From a virus (taxonomy: Duplodnaviria; Caudoviricetes), in the IMG/VR virus record IMGVR_UViG_3300027804_000131, positions 1-35,681 of that record: 35,681 nucleotides of DNA; one strand, 5' to 3'. Positions 1-8,782 of this stretch are shown here, in pieces; the stretch's first letter is position 1; each line of letters starts with the position of its first letter. Under the pieces are notes generated by a model. It saw only the letters and a program-made list of their open reading frames with translations. It did not search any database and was not told the origin of the DNA. A program made the translations under genes and the position numbers.

Positions 1-161
1 GTCGTGATCTGAGATCTCGGCAGATGTTGGTCGTAGCTACGGCTGATACTGTTGGTGGTGACTCTACGATTGGTCTGCCTACAGACTTCCTAGAGATGCG
101 TGACATTCACCTAAACACCAATCCTATTGCTTCTTTGGCTTACGAGGCTCCTAACGCCTTC
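1..161 (+). repeat. Terminal direct repeat, copy 1 (circular assembly overlap)
   Basis: Matches 35521-35681 except at positions 15, 17 and 35; 36-161 identical. Confidence 0.97.
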
Positions 162-509
162 TACGCTAACACTAGAGCTACTGAATCTGGTCTGCCTAGA
201 ACCTATACGGTACTGGCTTCAGAGCTTCAGTTCTCGCCTATCCCTGATGGTGTCTATACGGCTCAGATGCTGTATTACGCCAAGCCTCCGCTATTGAGTG
301 ATAGCAATGCAAGCAATGTATTCTTGGCTAACTTCCCTGATGCGCTGCTGTATGGGGCTTTGGGTGAGGCTGAACCGTATCTAATGAATGACGCTAGATT
401 GCAGGTCTGGGCATCTCTTTATGATCGTGCTATAGCGTCTATTTCTGCTGCTGACCAGTCAAGTGAGTACAGCGGTCAACCGATGGCAATGTCTTATAAC
501 GTGAGGTAA
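1..509 (+). CDS. Head-tail adaptor / tail tubular protein A-like, 3' part (starts at 35409 across the circular junction)
   Basis: Frame continuous with MAFTSYSDLKTTIANYLAR... at 35409; C-terminal PDALLYGALGEAEPYL pattern typical of podovirus adaptors; follows capsid module. Confidence 0.75.
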   Translation, partial: RDLRSRQMLVVATADTVGGDSTIGLPTDFLEMRDIHLNTNPIASLAYEAPNAFYANTRATESGLPRTYTVLASELQFSPIPDGVYTAQMLYYAKPPLLSDSNASNVFLANFPDALLYGALGEAEPYLMNDARLQVWASLYDRAIASISAADQSSEYSGQPMAMSYNVR

Positions 510-512
510 ATC

Positions 513-899
513 ATGGCAGAAATGTCGAATTATCTGGAAAATGCTCTGATTAACGCCACGTTGCGTAACACGAGCTATACAAGTCCTACAACGGTTTATG
601 TCGGTCTTTATACTTCAGATCCTACAGATGCTAATACTGGTACAGAAGTCTCTGGTGGTTCTTATGCTCGTACTGCTGTTACTTTTGGCGCTCCAAGCAA
701 TGGTGCTAGTACAAACAGTGCTGCGGTTGAGTTCCCGCAATGCACAAGCTCATGGGGAACGGTAGGCTGGATTGGTCTATTGGATGCTTCTACTAGCGGT
801 AACTTGCTGTATCACACTGCTCTTGATACGTCTAAAACGATTGATACTGGTGACATCTTTAAGATTGCTATTGGCTCCTTGTCGGTTACTCTGTCGTAA
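513..899 (+). CDS. Virion structural protein (tail-associated)
   Basis: 128 aa, SD GAGG, Ser/Thr/Gly-rich beta protein (YVGLYTSDP...EVSGGSYAR) in the structural operon. Confidence 0.65.
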   Translation: MAEMSNYLENALINATLRNTSYTSPTTVYVGLYTSDPTDANTGTEVSGGSYARTAVTFGAPSNGASTNSAAVEFPQCTSSWGTVGWIGLLDASTSGNLLYHTALDTSKTIDTGDIFKIAIGSLSVTLS

Positions 900-908
900 G
901 GGAAATAA

Positions 909-1190
909 ATGTCTACTATCGTTACTCGGGCTGGCAAAGGTAGTGCGCTTACTCATAACGAGGTAGATGCAAACTTTGTCAATTTAAACACAGACAAGAT
1001 ACAATCAGGGAATACAGTTTCTAGTCTTATCATTCTAAGTGCGACTATCTCTGGTGGTTCGATTACAGGGATTACGGATTTAGCGGTTGCTGATGGTGGT
1101 ACTGGTGCTAGTACGGTAGCAGGAGCGCAAACAAACTTGCAAGTTGATCCTGCTGGAACTGCTGTAGCTCTGGCGATTGCATTGGGTTAA
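909..1190 (+). CDS. Short tail-fibre-like protein
   Basis: N-terminal TRAGKGSALTHNEVDANF and DLAVADGGTGAST motifs typical of fibre proteins. Confidence 0.6.
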   Translation: MSTIVTRAGKGSALTHNEVDANFVNLNTDKIQSGNTVSSLIILSATISGGSITGITDLAVADGGTGASTVAGAQTNLQVDPAGTAVALAIALG

Positions 1191-1192
1191 TT

Positions 1193-1519
1193 ATGGCTAA
1201 TACCTTCAAGAATTACTTTTCAAAAGATGTAGGTACTTCAGCAGCGACAGTTTATACCTGCCCATCTGCTACACAGACTACAGTTATCGGATTGTCTGTT
1301 GCTAATACTTCAGCATCTCCTATTACGACTGACGTATACATTACATCTAGCTCGGTTGATTACTACCTGATTAAGTCAGGCGTTGTCCCGGTTGGCGGTT
1401 CGTTAGTTGTGGTTGGTGGAGATCAAAAGGTTGTACTAGAAGCAACAGATGTTCTCAAAGTATTAACAAGTGCGGCTAGCAGTGCGGATGTTGTGGCATC
1501 TGTTCTGGAGATTTCTTAA
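1193..1519 (+). CDS. Virion structural protein
   Basis: 108 aa beta-rich ORF tightly coupled to neighbours (TAATG overlap with next gene). Confidence 0.6.
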   Translation: MANTFKNYFSKDVGTSAATVYTCPSATQTTVIGLSVANTSASPITTDVYITSSSVDYYLIKSGVVPVGGSLVVVGGDQKVVLEATDVLKVLTSAASSADVVASVLEIS

Positions 1520-2214
1520 TGGCGTACATTGGGTCAACTCCAACGACACAGAGCTTTATCGCTGGAACGGACTCGTTCAATGGAACAGGTTCGGCTACGA
1601 ATTTCACGCTGACTCGTTCGGTTAGTTCGGTCAACGATGTACAGGTTGTTGTTAATAATGTCGTTCAGTATCCACCGAATTACTCGGTATCTGGGACTAC
1701 GTTAACCATCTCTCCTGCTCCGTCTAGCGGTACGAATAACGTCTATGTGCGGTATCTATCTACTACATTGCAGACGATTACGCCTAGTGATCTAACGGTT
1801 AGTGCTGCAAAGATTCAGACTAGCGCAGTTACAACAGACAAGATTGCAGACGCAAATATTACTGCTGCAAAGTTAAATGGCGCTCAGAGTGGATCTGCTC
1901 CGATCTATGGTGCTAGAGCATGGGTCAACTTTAACGGCACAGGAACAGTGGCAATCAAGGCAAGCGGAAATGTAACTTCAATCTCTGATAATGGCACTGG
2001 TAGTTATGCGGTCAATCTGACAACAGCAATGCCTGATGTTAACTATGCTTGCGTAATGGCTACTAAAGGGTCAGGAGGTGCTGGCACTCCATTTTTACCA
2101 GTAGAACACGCATCATTAGCCGCCAGAACTACAAGCAGCATTGCGTTTTATGTGATTGCATTAAATGGGGCAACACCAGATGCAGATACTGTTGAAGTTG
2201 TATTTTTTAGATAA
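1519..2214 (+). CDS. Tail fibre / receptor-binding protein 1
   Basis: N-terminal YIG..P/FNGTGS..FTL module, VTTDKIADANITAAKL shaft repeats, C-terminal ARAWVNFNGTG domain. Confidence 0.75.
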   Translation: MAYIGSTPTTQSFIAGTDSFNGTGSATNFTLTRSVSSVNDVQVVVNNVVQYPPNYSVSGTTLTISPAPSSGTNNVYVRYLSTTLQTITPSDLTVSAAKIQTSAVTTDKIADANITAAKLNGAQSGSAPIYGARAWVNFNGTGTVAIKASGNVTSISDNGTGSYAVNLTTAMPDVNYACVMATKGSGGAGTPFLPVEHASLAARTTSSIAFYVIALNGATPDADTVEVVFFR

Positions 2215-2223
2215 GGAAAAACC

Positions 2224-2415
2224 ATGAACTCAAGAATCATTTACCCAACAGATGACGGCGGTGTCGCTGTCATAGTTCCAGCCGATGAGTGTGGCTTAAC
2301 CATTGAAGAAATCGCTGCCAAGGACGTACCAGCAGGTAAGCCTTACGAGATCGTAGACGTAGCGGATATTCCTTCAGATCGTACATTTCGTGGAGCATGG
2401 TCATGGGTCTCGTAA
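2224..2415 (+). CDS. Tail fibre assembly chaperone-like protein A
   Basis: SD AAGGA; IAAKDVP...IPSDRTFRGAW motif; lies directly after a fibre gene. Confidence 0.6.
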   Translation: MNSRIIYPTDDGGVAVIVPADECGLTIEEIAAKDVPAGKPYEIVDVADIPSDRTFRGAWSWVS

Positions 2416-2636
2416 TCGACTTAACTAAAGCTAAGAACATTGGTCACGATATGCGTCGTGCTGCTAGGGCTGAAGAATTCAAGCCTTACGACGACGCTAT
2501 TGCCAAGCAGATACCCGGTCAAGCCGAAGGCGCAGAAGCAGCCCGTCAAGCTATCCGTGACAAGTACGCAGCTATCCAGACTAGTATTGATGCAGCAGCT
2601 ACACCTGACGAGATTAAAGCAGCACTGGGGATTTAA
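2403..2636 (+). CDS. Tail fibre assembly chaperone-like protein B
   Basis: ATG 2403 with SD GGAG; helical KAKNIGHDMRRAAR...RQAIRD; between fibre genes. Confidence 0.55.
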   Translation: MGLVIDLTKAKNIGHDMRRAARAEEFKPYDDAIAKQIPGQAEGAEAARQAIRDKYAAIQTSIDAAATPDEIKAALGI

Positions 2637-3002
2637 ATGCCTATTAGCTACATTACAGCAGCATCATTAGATGGTGGGCAAAATACCGCAGCTCCGATCT
2701 ATGCTGCTCGTGCTTGGGTTAACTTTAATGGTACTGGTACGGTAGCTATCAGAGCGTCTGGTAATGTAACTAGCATCACAGATAATGGCACTGGGGATTA
2801 CACGGTGAATTTCACTACTGCTATGGCTGATGCGAATTATAGTGTTGTTACTGGATGCGCCTTGAGTGATGCTGTTGTTAGCGGAAATACATCTAGAACA
2901 ATAGCACCAAGGTCACCGACAACTACATCTATTCGGATAATTGAAACTGATGGTGGAGTTGCAACAGATTTAGCTTACAACTATATTTGCGTATTACGCT
3001 AA
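2637..3002 (+). CDS. Tail fibre tip protein 2 (short paralog)
   Basis: ARAWVNFNGTGTVAIRASGNV domain after a ~20 aa leader. Confidence 0.7.
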   Translation: MPISYITAASLDGGQNTAAPIYAARAWVNFNGTGTVAIRASGNVTSITDNGTGDYTVNFTTAMADANYSVVTGCALSDAVVSGNTSRTIAPRSPTTTSIRIIETDGGVATDLAYNYICVLR

Positions 3003-3014
3003 CAAGGTCAAATA

Positions 3015-3695
3015 ATGAGCTACATAGGCGCAGAACCAACCACAGCTTCATTTCCGTTTGATCAGTTCAGTGGTAACGGATCAACTACAGCTTTTACACT
3101 GACCTATGCGCCAGCTAGTACGACTTCGATTGTTGTAGCTGTATCAGGCGTGGTACAGAATCCGAATACTTACTCAGTCTCTGGCTCAACACTGACGTTT
3201 ACAGGCGCACCACCATCTGGCACGAATAACATTGCAGTATTGTTTCTTGGTCTTCCTTCTATTGTTGGTGTGCCTAATGCAGCCACAGTCGGTATATCGC
3301 AACTAAGCGCAACAGGTAGTCCTAGCAGCACGACTTTCTTACGTGGTGATAATACTTGGAATGGTGTAGCTAGTTTAACAACTGCATCAGGTAGCGCACC
3401 ATCGTACAGTGCAAGGGCTTGGGTTAATTTTAACGGTACTGGAACTGTTGCAATTAGAGCAAGTGGTAACGTATCGTCGATTACTGACAATGGCACGGGT
3501 GATTACACGGCTAACTTTACAACTGCAATGGCTGACGTAAATTACGCAGTAGCTACAAATGCAAGCGATCTATCAAATTCTGGCAGACAGTCATGCCCAA
3601 AAGCTATTGCTACCGGATCAGTTCGCGTTACTACAACTGATACGCCGGGTTTAACAGTTGATTACACTTACGTTGCAATTTCAGTTTTCCGCTAA
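3015..3695 (+). CDS. Tail fibre / receptor-binding protein 3
   Basis: N-terminus paralogous to 1519 ORF, SSTTFLRGD fibre motif, third ARAWVNFNG domain. Confidence 0.75.
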   Translation: MSYIGAEPTTASFPFDQFSGNGSTTAFTLTYAPASTTSIVVAVSGVVQNPNTYSVSGSTLTFTGAPPSGTNNIAVLFLGLPSIVGVPNAATVGISQLSATGSPSSTTFLRGDNTWNGVASLTTASGSAPSYSARAWVNFNGTGTVAIRASGNVSSITDNGTGDYTANFTTAMADVNYAVATNASDLSNSGRQSCPKAIATGSVRVTTTDTPGLTVDYTYVAISVFR

Positions 3696-3707
3696 TCAGG
3701 ACTAATC

Positions 3708-4214
3708 ATGGCACTAACTAAAGTACAAATAGGAATGACAGACGCTCCTACTAGCGGAACGGCTGTTGCGTCTACGTCTGGAACCAGCATTGACTTTACT
3801 GGTATACCTAGTACGGCAAAGCGGATTACGGTGATGTTTAGTGGGGTTAGCACGAATGGCACATCAGCAACTATTATTCAACTTGGTGATTCTGGCGGTA
3901 TTGAAACAACAGGTTATTTAGGATCGATGAGCTATCAAGGAGCGCAAGCACTTTACACTACTGGTATTGGAGTGAATAACACGGGTAGCTCCTCTGCTTT
4001 ACGTCATGGGTCAACAATAATAACTTTGGTAGATTCAAGCACAAATACATGGTCGGCTATGGGCGTTGTTGGCACTAGCGGAATTGGGTCTGGTGAAACT
4101 TATAGTAGTGGTTCAGCTAAATCACTATCCGCAACATTAGACCGCATTCGCATTACCACCGTCAACGGAACAGATACCTTTGATGCAGGAACAATCAATA
4201 TCATGTGGGAATAA
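3708..4214 (+). CDS. Tail fibre/spike-associated protein
   Basis: MALTKV N-terminus; SIDFTGIP...LDRIRITT..GTDTFDAGTINI beta domain. Confidence 0.6.
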   Translation: MALTKVQIGMTDAPTSGTAVASTSGTSIDFTGIPSTAKRITVMFSGVSTNGTSATIIQLGDSGGIETTGYLGSMSYQGAQALYTTGIGVNNTGSSSALRHGSTIITLVDSSTNTWSAMGVVGTSGIGSGETYSSGSAKSLSATLDRIRITTVNGTDTFDAGTINIMWE

Positions 4215-4813
4215 TGAGCCTTCAATACGTACTCTATGACTATTGGGATTATGGCTATGCTGAAGGCGATGCAATCCTTGAGTTTGGGAGTGCTTCGGTA
4301 ACGGCAGTAGCCACTGTTTCCGCATTTGGTTCAAGAGTACAATTCGCAACAGGCAGTGTTAATGCATTAGCAACAGTTACAGCAGATGGCACAAGGATTC
4401 AGTTTGGCAATGCAGCAGTTAATGGATTAGCAACATTAACTGCATCAGCAAGTAGGGTTAGAGAGGCTTCTGCTAGCGTTACTGGAGTAGCCACTGTCAC
4501 AGCCATCGGTGGCGTTGTTTACGAGGGTTTTGCGGCGATTAATGCGCTGGCTAGTGTATCTGCCTATCCAAGTGCAATATGGGCTGGAAACGGCTCTATT
4601 CAAGCCGTAGCGGTATGTGCTGCAACAGGTCAGATTATTGGTGAGGAATGGGTTGATGTAATTCCTGATACTAATAATTGGTCTGGTGTTACTACAAGCG
4701 ATGATATGTGGACAGCGGTTACGGGTGAATCAGATACTTGGACTCCGACATCAACAAGCTCTAATACATGGACTACGCAATCTGGCGGTTCTAATACTTG
4801 GACGAGGCAGTAA
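4214..4813 (+). CDS. Virion structural protein with Ala/Thr/Val and W-T repeats
   Basis: TAATG coupling at both ends; ~20 aa A.V.A.ATV.A repeats and ~10 aa xWT repeats. Confidence 0.6.
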   Translation: MSLQYVLYDYWDYGYAEGDAILEFGSASVTAVATVSAFGSRVQFATGSVNALATVTADGTRIQFGNAAVNGLATLTASASRVREASASVTGVATVTAIGGVVYEGFAAINALASVSAYPSAIWAGNGSIQAVAVCAATGQIIGEEWVDVIPDTNNWSGVTTSDDMWTAVTGESDTWTPTSTSSNTWTTQSGGSNTWTRQ

Positions 4814-6231
4814 TGCAAAAGATTTTATTCGGTGAGTGGTTGCCAGATCAACCCGGCGTAACAGGTGCAGTAACAGACGCAAAGAACTGTTATCCAGTTG
4901 CTAATGGATATGCTCCAGTTAAGAGCGAGGCTGATTACTCTGACGCTGCTGGTGCTAATCTAATCATTACCTTTGCTGGTAAGTTTGATAGCGCTACTAC
5001 ATTGTTTGCAGCTAGTACAACCCAGATTTATAAGTTTGATAGTTCTGATGCTAGCTTGGATGCTGCTACGACTACGGGTTACACAGCAGTTGAAGGATGG
5101 GATGTAACTCAGTTTGGTGCAAAGATGATTCTGGCTAATGGTCAGGATAAGCTGCAAGCATGGACTTTGAATTCATCGACTAATTTTGCTGACTTAGCTG
5201 CTGCTGCTCCTACTGCCAAGTATGTAACTGTTGTGCGTGACTTTGTAGTTGCTGCTAATGATGGAATTGATACTAGCAAGGTTTACTGGTCAGACATAAA
5301 TGACGAGACAGACTGGACACCGGGCGCTGCATCTCAGTCTGATACACAGATTCTTCCGGACGGTGGTGACATTACTGGCATAGCTGGTGGTGAGTACGGT
5401 CTGATCTTCTTGGAACGTGCTATCTACCGGATGACCTATACAGGCTCACCATTCTTCTTCCAGTTTGACGCTATTTCACGGTCTTTAGGCTGCATTTCTA
5501 ACGGATCTATTGCTCAGTACGGCAACCTAACGTATTTCCTTGCAGACGATGGTTTCTATGTCTGTGATGGTCAGTCAACGAAGAACATAGGTAGCGAAAA
5601 GGTAAACCGCTGGTTCTTTGATAATGCTATTCCGGGTGAGATATTTACTGGAATGAGCGCTACAGTCAATCCTGTTGCTAAGTTAATAATATGGAAGTTT
5701 AATAATACATTTGGTGGTAAAAATATGCTGATGTACTCGATTGATCTTAACAAATGGTCATACGCAGACACTACAGCAACGTCAATTGCTTATGTATTAA
5801 CACCTTCCGCTACGTTAGAGCAGGTAGATAACTACAACTCAAGCATTGATGCGCTTGATATTCCTCTGGATTCGCGTGTTTTTGCTGGTGGTCAGCTACT
5901 ATTTGCTGGTGTTAGCGGTCAAAAGATCATTGCTTTCTCAGGCCAGCCTAAGACTGCAAACATATCAACGGGTGATATTGATGTAGGTAGGTCTACGATC
6001 ATGCTAGCCAAGCCGATTGTGGACAATGGTAGCGGTTCTATCGCTGTTTCTAGCCGGGATAATCTTGCTGAACAAGTGGAATTTGGCTCAGATGTGTCTC
6101 CAGACGCAGAAAACCGTGTGAGCTTGCGGTCTAATGGTGAATATCATCGACTAAGACTGACTCCTACTGGATCTAGCTGGAAAACTGCTGTTGGCTTAGA
6201 GTTTGACGTTGTTAAACAGGGTGATCGATGA
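4813..6231 (+). CDS. Tail tubular protein B / packaged-DNA stabilisation (P22 gp10-like) protein
   Basis: ~472 aa beta-propeller-like (FGEWLPD start, YWS, FLADDGFY); precedes ejection genes. Confidence 0.7.
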   Translation: MQKILFGEWLPDQPGVTGAVTDAKNCYPVANGYAPVKSEADYSDAAGANLIITFAGKFDSATTLFAASTTQIYKFDSSDASLDAATTTGYTAVEGWDVTQFGAKMILANGQDKLQAWTLNSSTNFADLAAAAPTAKYVTVVRDFVVAANDGIDTSKVYWSDINDETDWTPGAASQSDTQILPDGGDITGIAGGEYGLIFLERAIYRMTYTGSPFFFQFDAISRSLGCISNGSIAQYGNLTYFLADDGFYVCDGQSTKNIGSEKVNRWFFDNAIPGEIFTGMSATVNPVAKLIIWKFNNTFGGKNMLMYSIDLNKWSYADTTATSIAYVLTPSATLEQVDNYNSSIDALDIPLDSRVFAGGQLLFAGVSGQKIIAFSGQPKTANISTGDIDVGRSTIMLAKPIVDNGSGSIAVSSRDNLAEQVEFGSDVSPDAENRVSLRSNGEYHRLRLTPTGSSWKTAVGLEFDVVKQGDR

Positions 6232-7010
6232 CTCAGTTCCGTACATTACCGCCATTTGGAGGAGATCCTCGTCAGGTTTCTGAGGTGGTTCGTGGGGTTA
6301 TGGACGGAAAGACCAATAATACGGGTCGGATTACGTTAGCCACAGGGAATGCCACGACAACTACCCTTAACGACGAGCGTATAGGCTTTGACAGCCTGAT
6401 ATTCTTGGTTCCTGTGTCTGCTGCTGCCAACAATGATTCAGCTCCTTACGGTGCGTTTCAGAGCCTTGTAGACCAGTCTATAACGGCTAATACAGCCACT
6501 GCAATGACGCTAGATACGACTGATTACTCTAGTGGTGTATACCTGTCTAACAGCTCTAGGATGAATGTAAGGAATGCTGGTATCTACAATCTCCAGTGGT
6601 CTGGTCAGTTTCAGAATACAGATAACCAGTTGCATGATGTTACCGTTTGGCTAAGAAAAAATGGTACAGACATCGTAGGATCTGCTGGTTTTATTTCTAT
6701 CCCAAATAGTCATGGTGGCGTTAATGGTCATATTATTTCTGGATGGAACTATTTTCTTGAGTTAAGTGCAAATGACTACATTGAGATTTATTGGTCTGCC
6801 ACTAATGCAGCAATTAGCCTTCAGTTTTATCCAGCAGGAACAAGCCCAACGAGACCAACTACAGCTTCCTTAATTACAACATTGAATTATGTTTCGCCTA
6901 ATGCTTCGTCGAATATATATGTTTCGTCTCAGCAACAAGGAAGTGCTACCCTTACGCATTGGGCAAACAATACGGCAAATAAAACCTATGGATACATTGT
7001 GGTGGGCTAA
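6228..7010 (+). CDS. Tail-associated structural protein with internal C1q/TNF-like beta domain
   Basis: ATGA overlap; central AGIYNLQWSGQF...WLRKNG...LELSANDYIEIYW resembles C1q-like folds. Confidence 0.55.
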   Translation: MTQFRTLPPFGGDPRQVSEVVRGVMDGKTNNTGRITLATGNATTTTLNDERIGFDSLIFLVPVSAAANNDSAPYGAFQSLVDQSITANTATAMTLDTTDYSSGVYLSNSSRMNVRNAGIYNLQWSGQFQNTDNQLHDVTVWLRKNGTDIVGSAGFISIPNSHGGVNGHIISGWNYFLELSANDYIEIYWSATNAAISLQFYPAGTSPTRPTTASLITTLNYVSPNASSNIYVSSQQQGSATLTHWANNTANKTYGYIVVG

Positions 7011-7408
7011 TGGAGTTTAGGTACATACCTGTAGATAAACTTAGGGACTGGTGGCCTACAGTACGCCCCGGCTTAGATGAAATTAAAGGGTATAGCCCAG
7101 AAAACTGGATAGTAGAAGATGTGTACACAGACTGCTTTAACCAAAAAGCAATGCTGTGGGTAGGACTAGAGAACAACCACTTTAAGTGCTTCTTTATCCT
7201 GCAACCTATGGGCGAAACAATGCACTTATGGGCTGCTTGGTCGTTAGAAAATAATTATCAAATTGTTGAATCTGGATTAAAATACATAAAAGACATCTGT
7301 AGTCAAGGTAATGTCAAATATCTAACTTTCTCTAGTCATCGTCGAGGATGGCAACGTAGGGCGAAACAACTCGGTTTCCGTCCTAAACAATGGATTTGCG
7401 AGGTGTAA
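7010..7408 (+). CDS. GNAT-like protein (internal virion protein A-like)
   Basis: 132 aa, C-terminal SHRRGWQRRAKQLGF; typical position before ejection proteins. Confidence 0.55.
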   Translation: MEFRYIPVDKLRDWWPTVRPGLDEIKGYSPENWIVEDVYTDCFNQKAMLWVGLENNHFKCFFILQPMGETMHLWAAWSLENNYQIVESGLKYIKDICSQGNVKYLTFSSHRRGWQRRAKQLGFRPKQWICEV

Positions 7409-7409
7409 T

Positions 7410-8144
7410 ATGGGCGGTGGTGGCGGTCAACAAACAAGCACAACGACTACGAGCATTGATCCAACAATCAAGCCGTATGTTACTTATGGCCTAGAAGAAG
7501 GCAAGCGCCTTTATGAGTCTGGTACGCCTAGCTTCTTTCCCGGTCAGACCTACGTTTCTCCGTCTCAGGCTACTCAGTCAGCTCTCAATATGGCTCAGGA
7601 ACGGGCTATGGCGGGTTCTCCGCTGGTTCGTTCAGCACAGCAAGAGCAATTGGCTACGATTCAAGGACGAGGCGTTAATCCATTCCTAGAGGGTGCTTTG
7701 GCTGGCGTTAATCGTCAGGCTCGTGAGCAATTTACGGAAGGTGTCCAAGGTCTTCAGTCCAAGGCTTCCTCAATGGGTCGTTATGGATCTGCTGCTCAAG
7801 CTGAACAAGAAGCTAACGCTCAAGACGTATTTGCTCGTGCAATGTTGGAGCAAGGTGGTCAATTGGCTTACGGATCGGCTGAAGCTGAACGTGCTAGACA
7901 GGTTGCTGCTGGTCAAGCTGCTCCTGCAATGGCTGCTACTGACTATGCTGATATTCAGAAGTTGCTAACTGCTGGTCAGGCACAAGAACAGTATTCCTCT
8001 GCTGAACTGCAAGACGCAATTAACCGCTTTAACTTTGAGCAAAACTTGCCACAGATGAAACTTAGTCAATTTGCTAACTTGTTTAGCAGTGTGCCTCAAG
8101 GTCAGACAACTGTTCAACAAGCTACTCCGTCGGGAGGTAAATAA
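7410..8144 (+). CDS. DNA ejection / internal virion protein
   Basis: MGGGGGQQTSTTT start; Gln/Ala-rich helical protein. Confidence 0.65.
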   Translation: MGGGGGQQTSTTTTSIDPTIKPYVTYGLEEGKRLYESGTPSFFPGQTYVSPSQATQSALNMAQERAMAGSPLVRSAQQEQLATIQGRGVNPFLEGALAGVNRQAREQFTEGVQGLQSKASSMGRYGSAAQAEQEANAQDVFARAMLEQGGQLAYGSAEAERARQVAAGQAAPAMAATDYADIQKLLTAGQAQEQYSSAELQDAINRFNFEQNLPQMKLSQFANLFSSVPQGQTTVQQATPSGGK

Positions 8145-8779
8145 TGGCTGATCCTATTACTATGGCGGTTGTCGGTGGCTCTATTGGCGCTATGACAAAC
8201 AAGAAAGATCCACTTAAAGGTGCTTTGTTAGGTGCTGCTGGTGGTTATGGTGGTGCTACGTTGATGGGCGCTAGTGGCTTAGGTGCTGGTGCAACTCAGG
8301 TAGCTGGTAGTGGTAGCGCATTAACTGGTGCTGGTGCTTCTACTGCTGCAAATACAGCGTTTATGGCTCCTGCTGGTGTTAACCCCGGTACGATGATTGG
8401 TGCTACCCAAGCTGCTCCTGCTGGAATATTTGCTAATCCTGTTGCGTATACACCGTCATTAAACGTCCCAGTAGAAAGATCATTTGGTACTTTAGAGTCA
8501 ATCTTCAATCCTAATATCCAGTCATCTTCAATGGCTCCGTCTTTTCTGGAGCAAGTTGGTTCTGGTGCAGGTCAGATTGGTAAATACGCTCAACAGAATC
8601 CTGTACTGACGAATATGGCTATGCAATCGGCACAACAAGCATTGCAACAGCCTGAAGCTCGTATGGCTCCTGCTGGACAAGTTAATCGTGGTCAGATTCA
8701 GGGTGGTGATTACATGAGTCTGCTAAATCCACAGCAAAGCACAGTCCTTAGACCACAACCGATTTCCCTATTAGGGTGA
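8144..8779 (+). CDS. DNA ejection / internal virion protein
   Basis: MADPIT start, Gly/Ala-rich hydrophobic N-terminus, ends ISLLG. Confidence 0.6.
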   Translation: MADPITMAVVGGSIGAMTNKKDPLKGALLGAAGGYGGATLMGASGLGAGATQVAGSGSALTGAGASTAANTAFMAPAGVNPGTMIGATQAAPAGIFANPVAYTPSLNVPVERSFGTLESIFNPNIQSSSMAPSFLEQVGSGAGQIGKYAQQNPVLTNMAMQSAQQALQQPEARMAPAGQVNRGQIQGGDYMSLLNPQQSTVLRPQPISLLG

Positions 8780-8782
8780 TAT

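Noticed and set aside
1519-3695. Diversity-generating retroelement or shufflon behind the repeated fibre domains
   Set aside because: No reverse transcriptase or invertase; the repeats differ at synonymous positions of all bases rather than only at adenines, and all are in direct orientation within intact genes.
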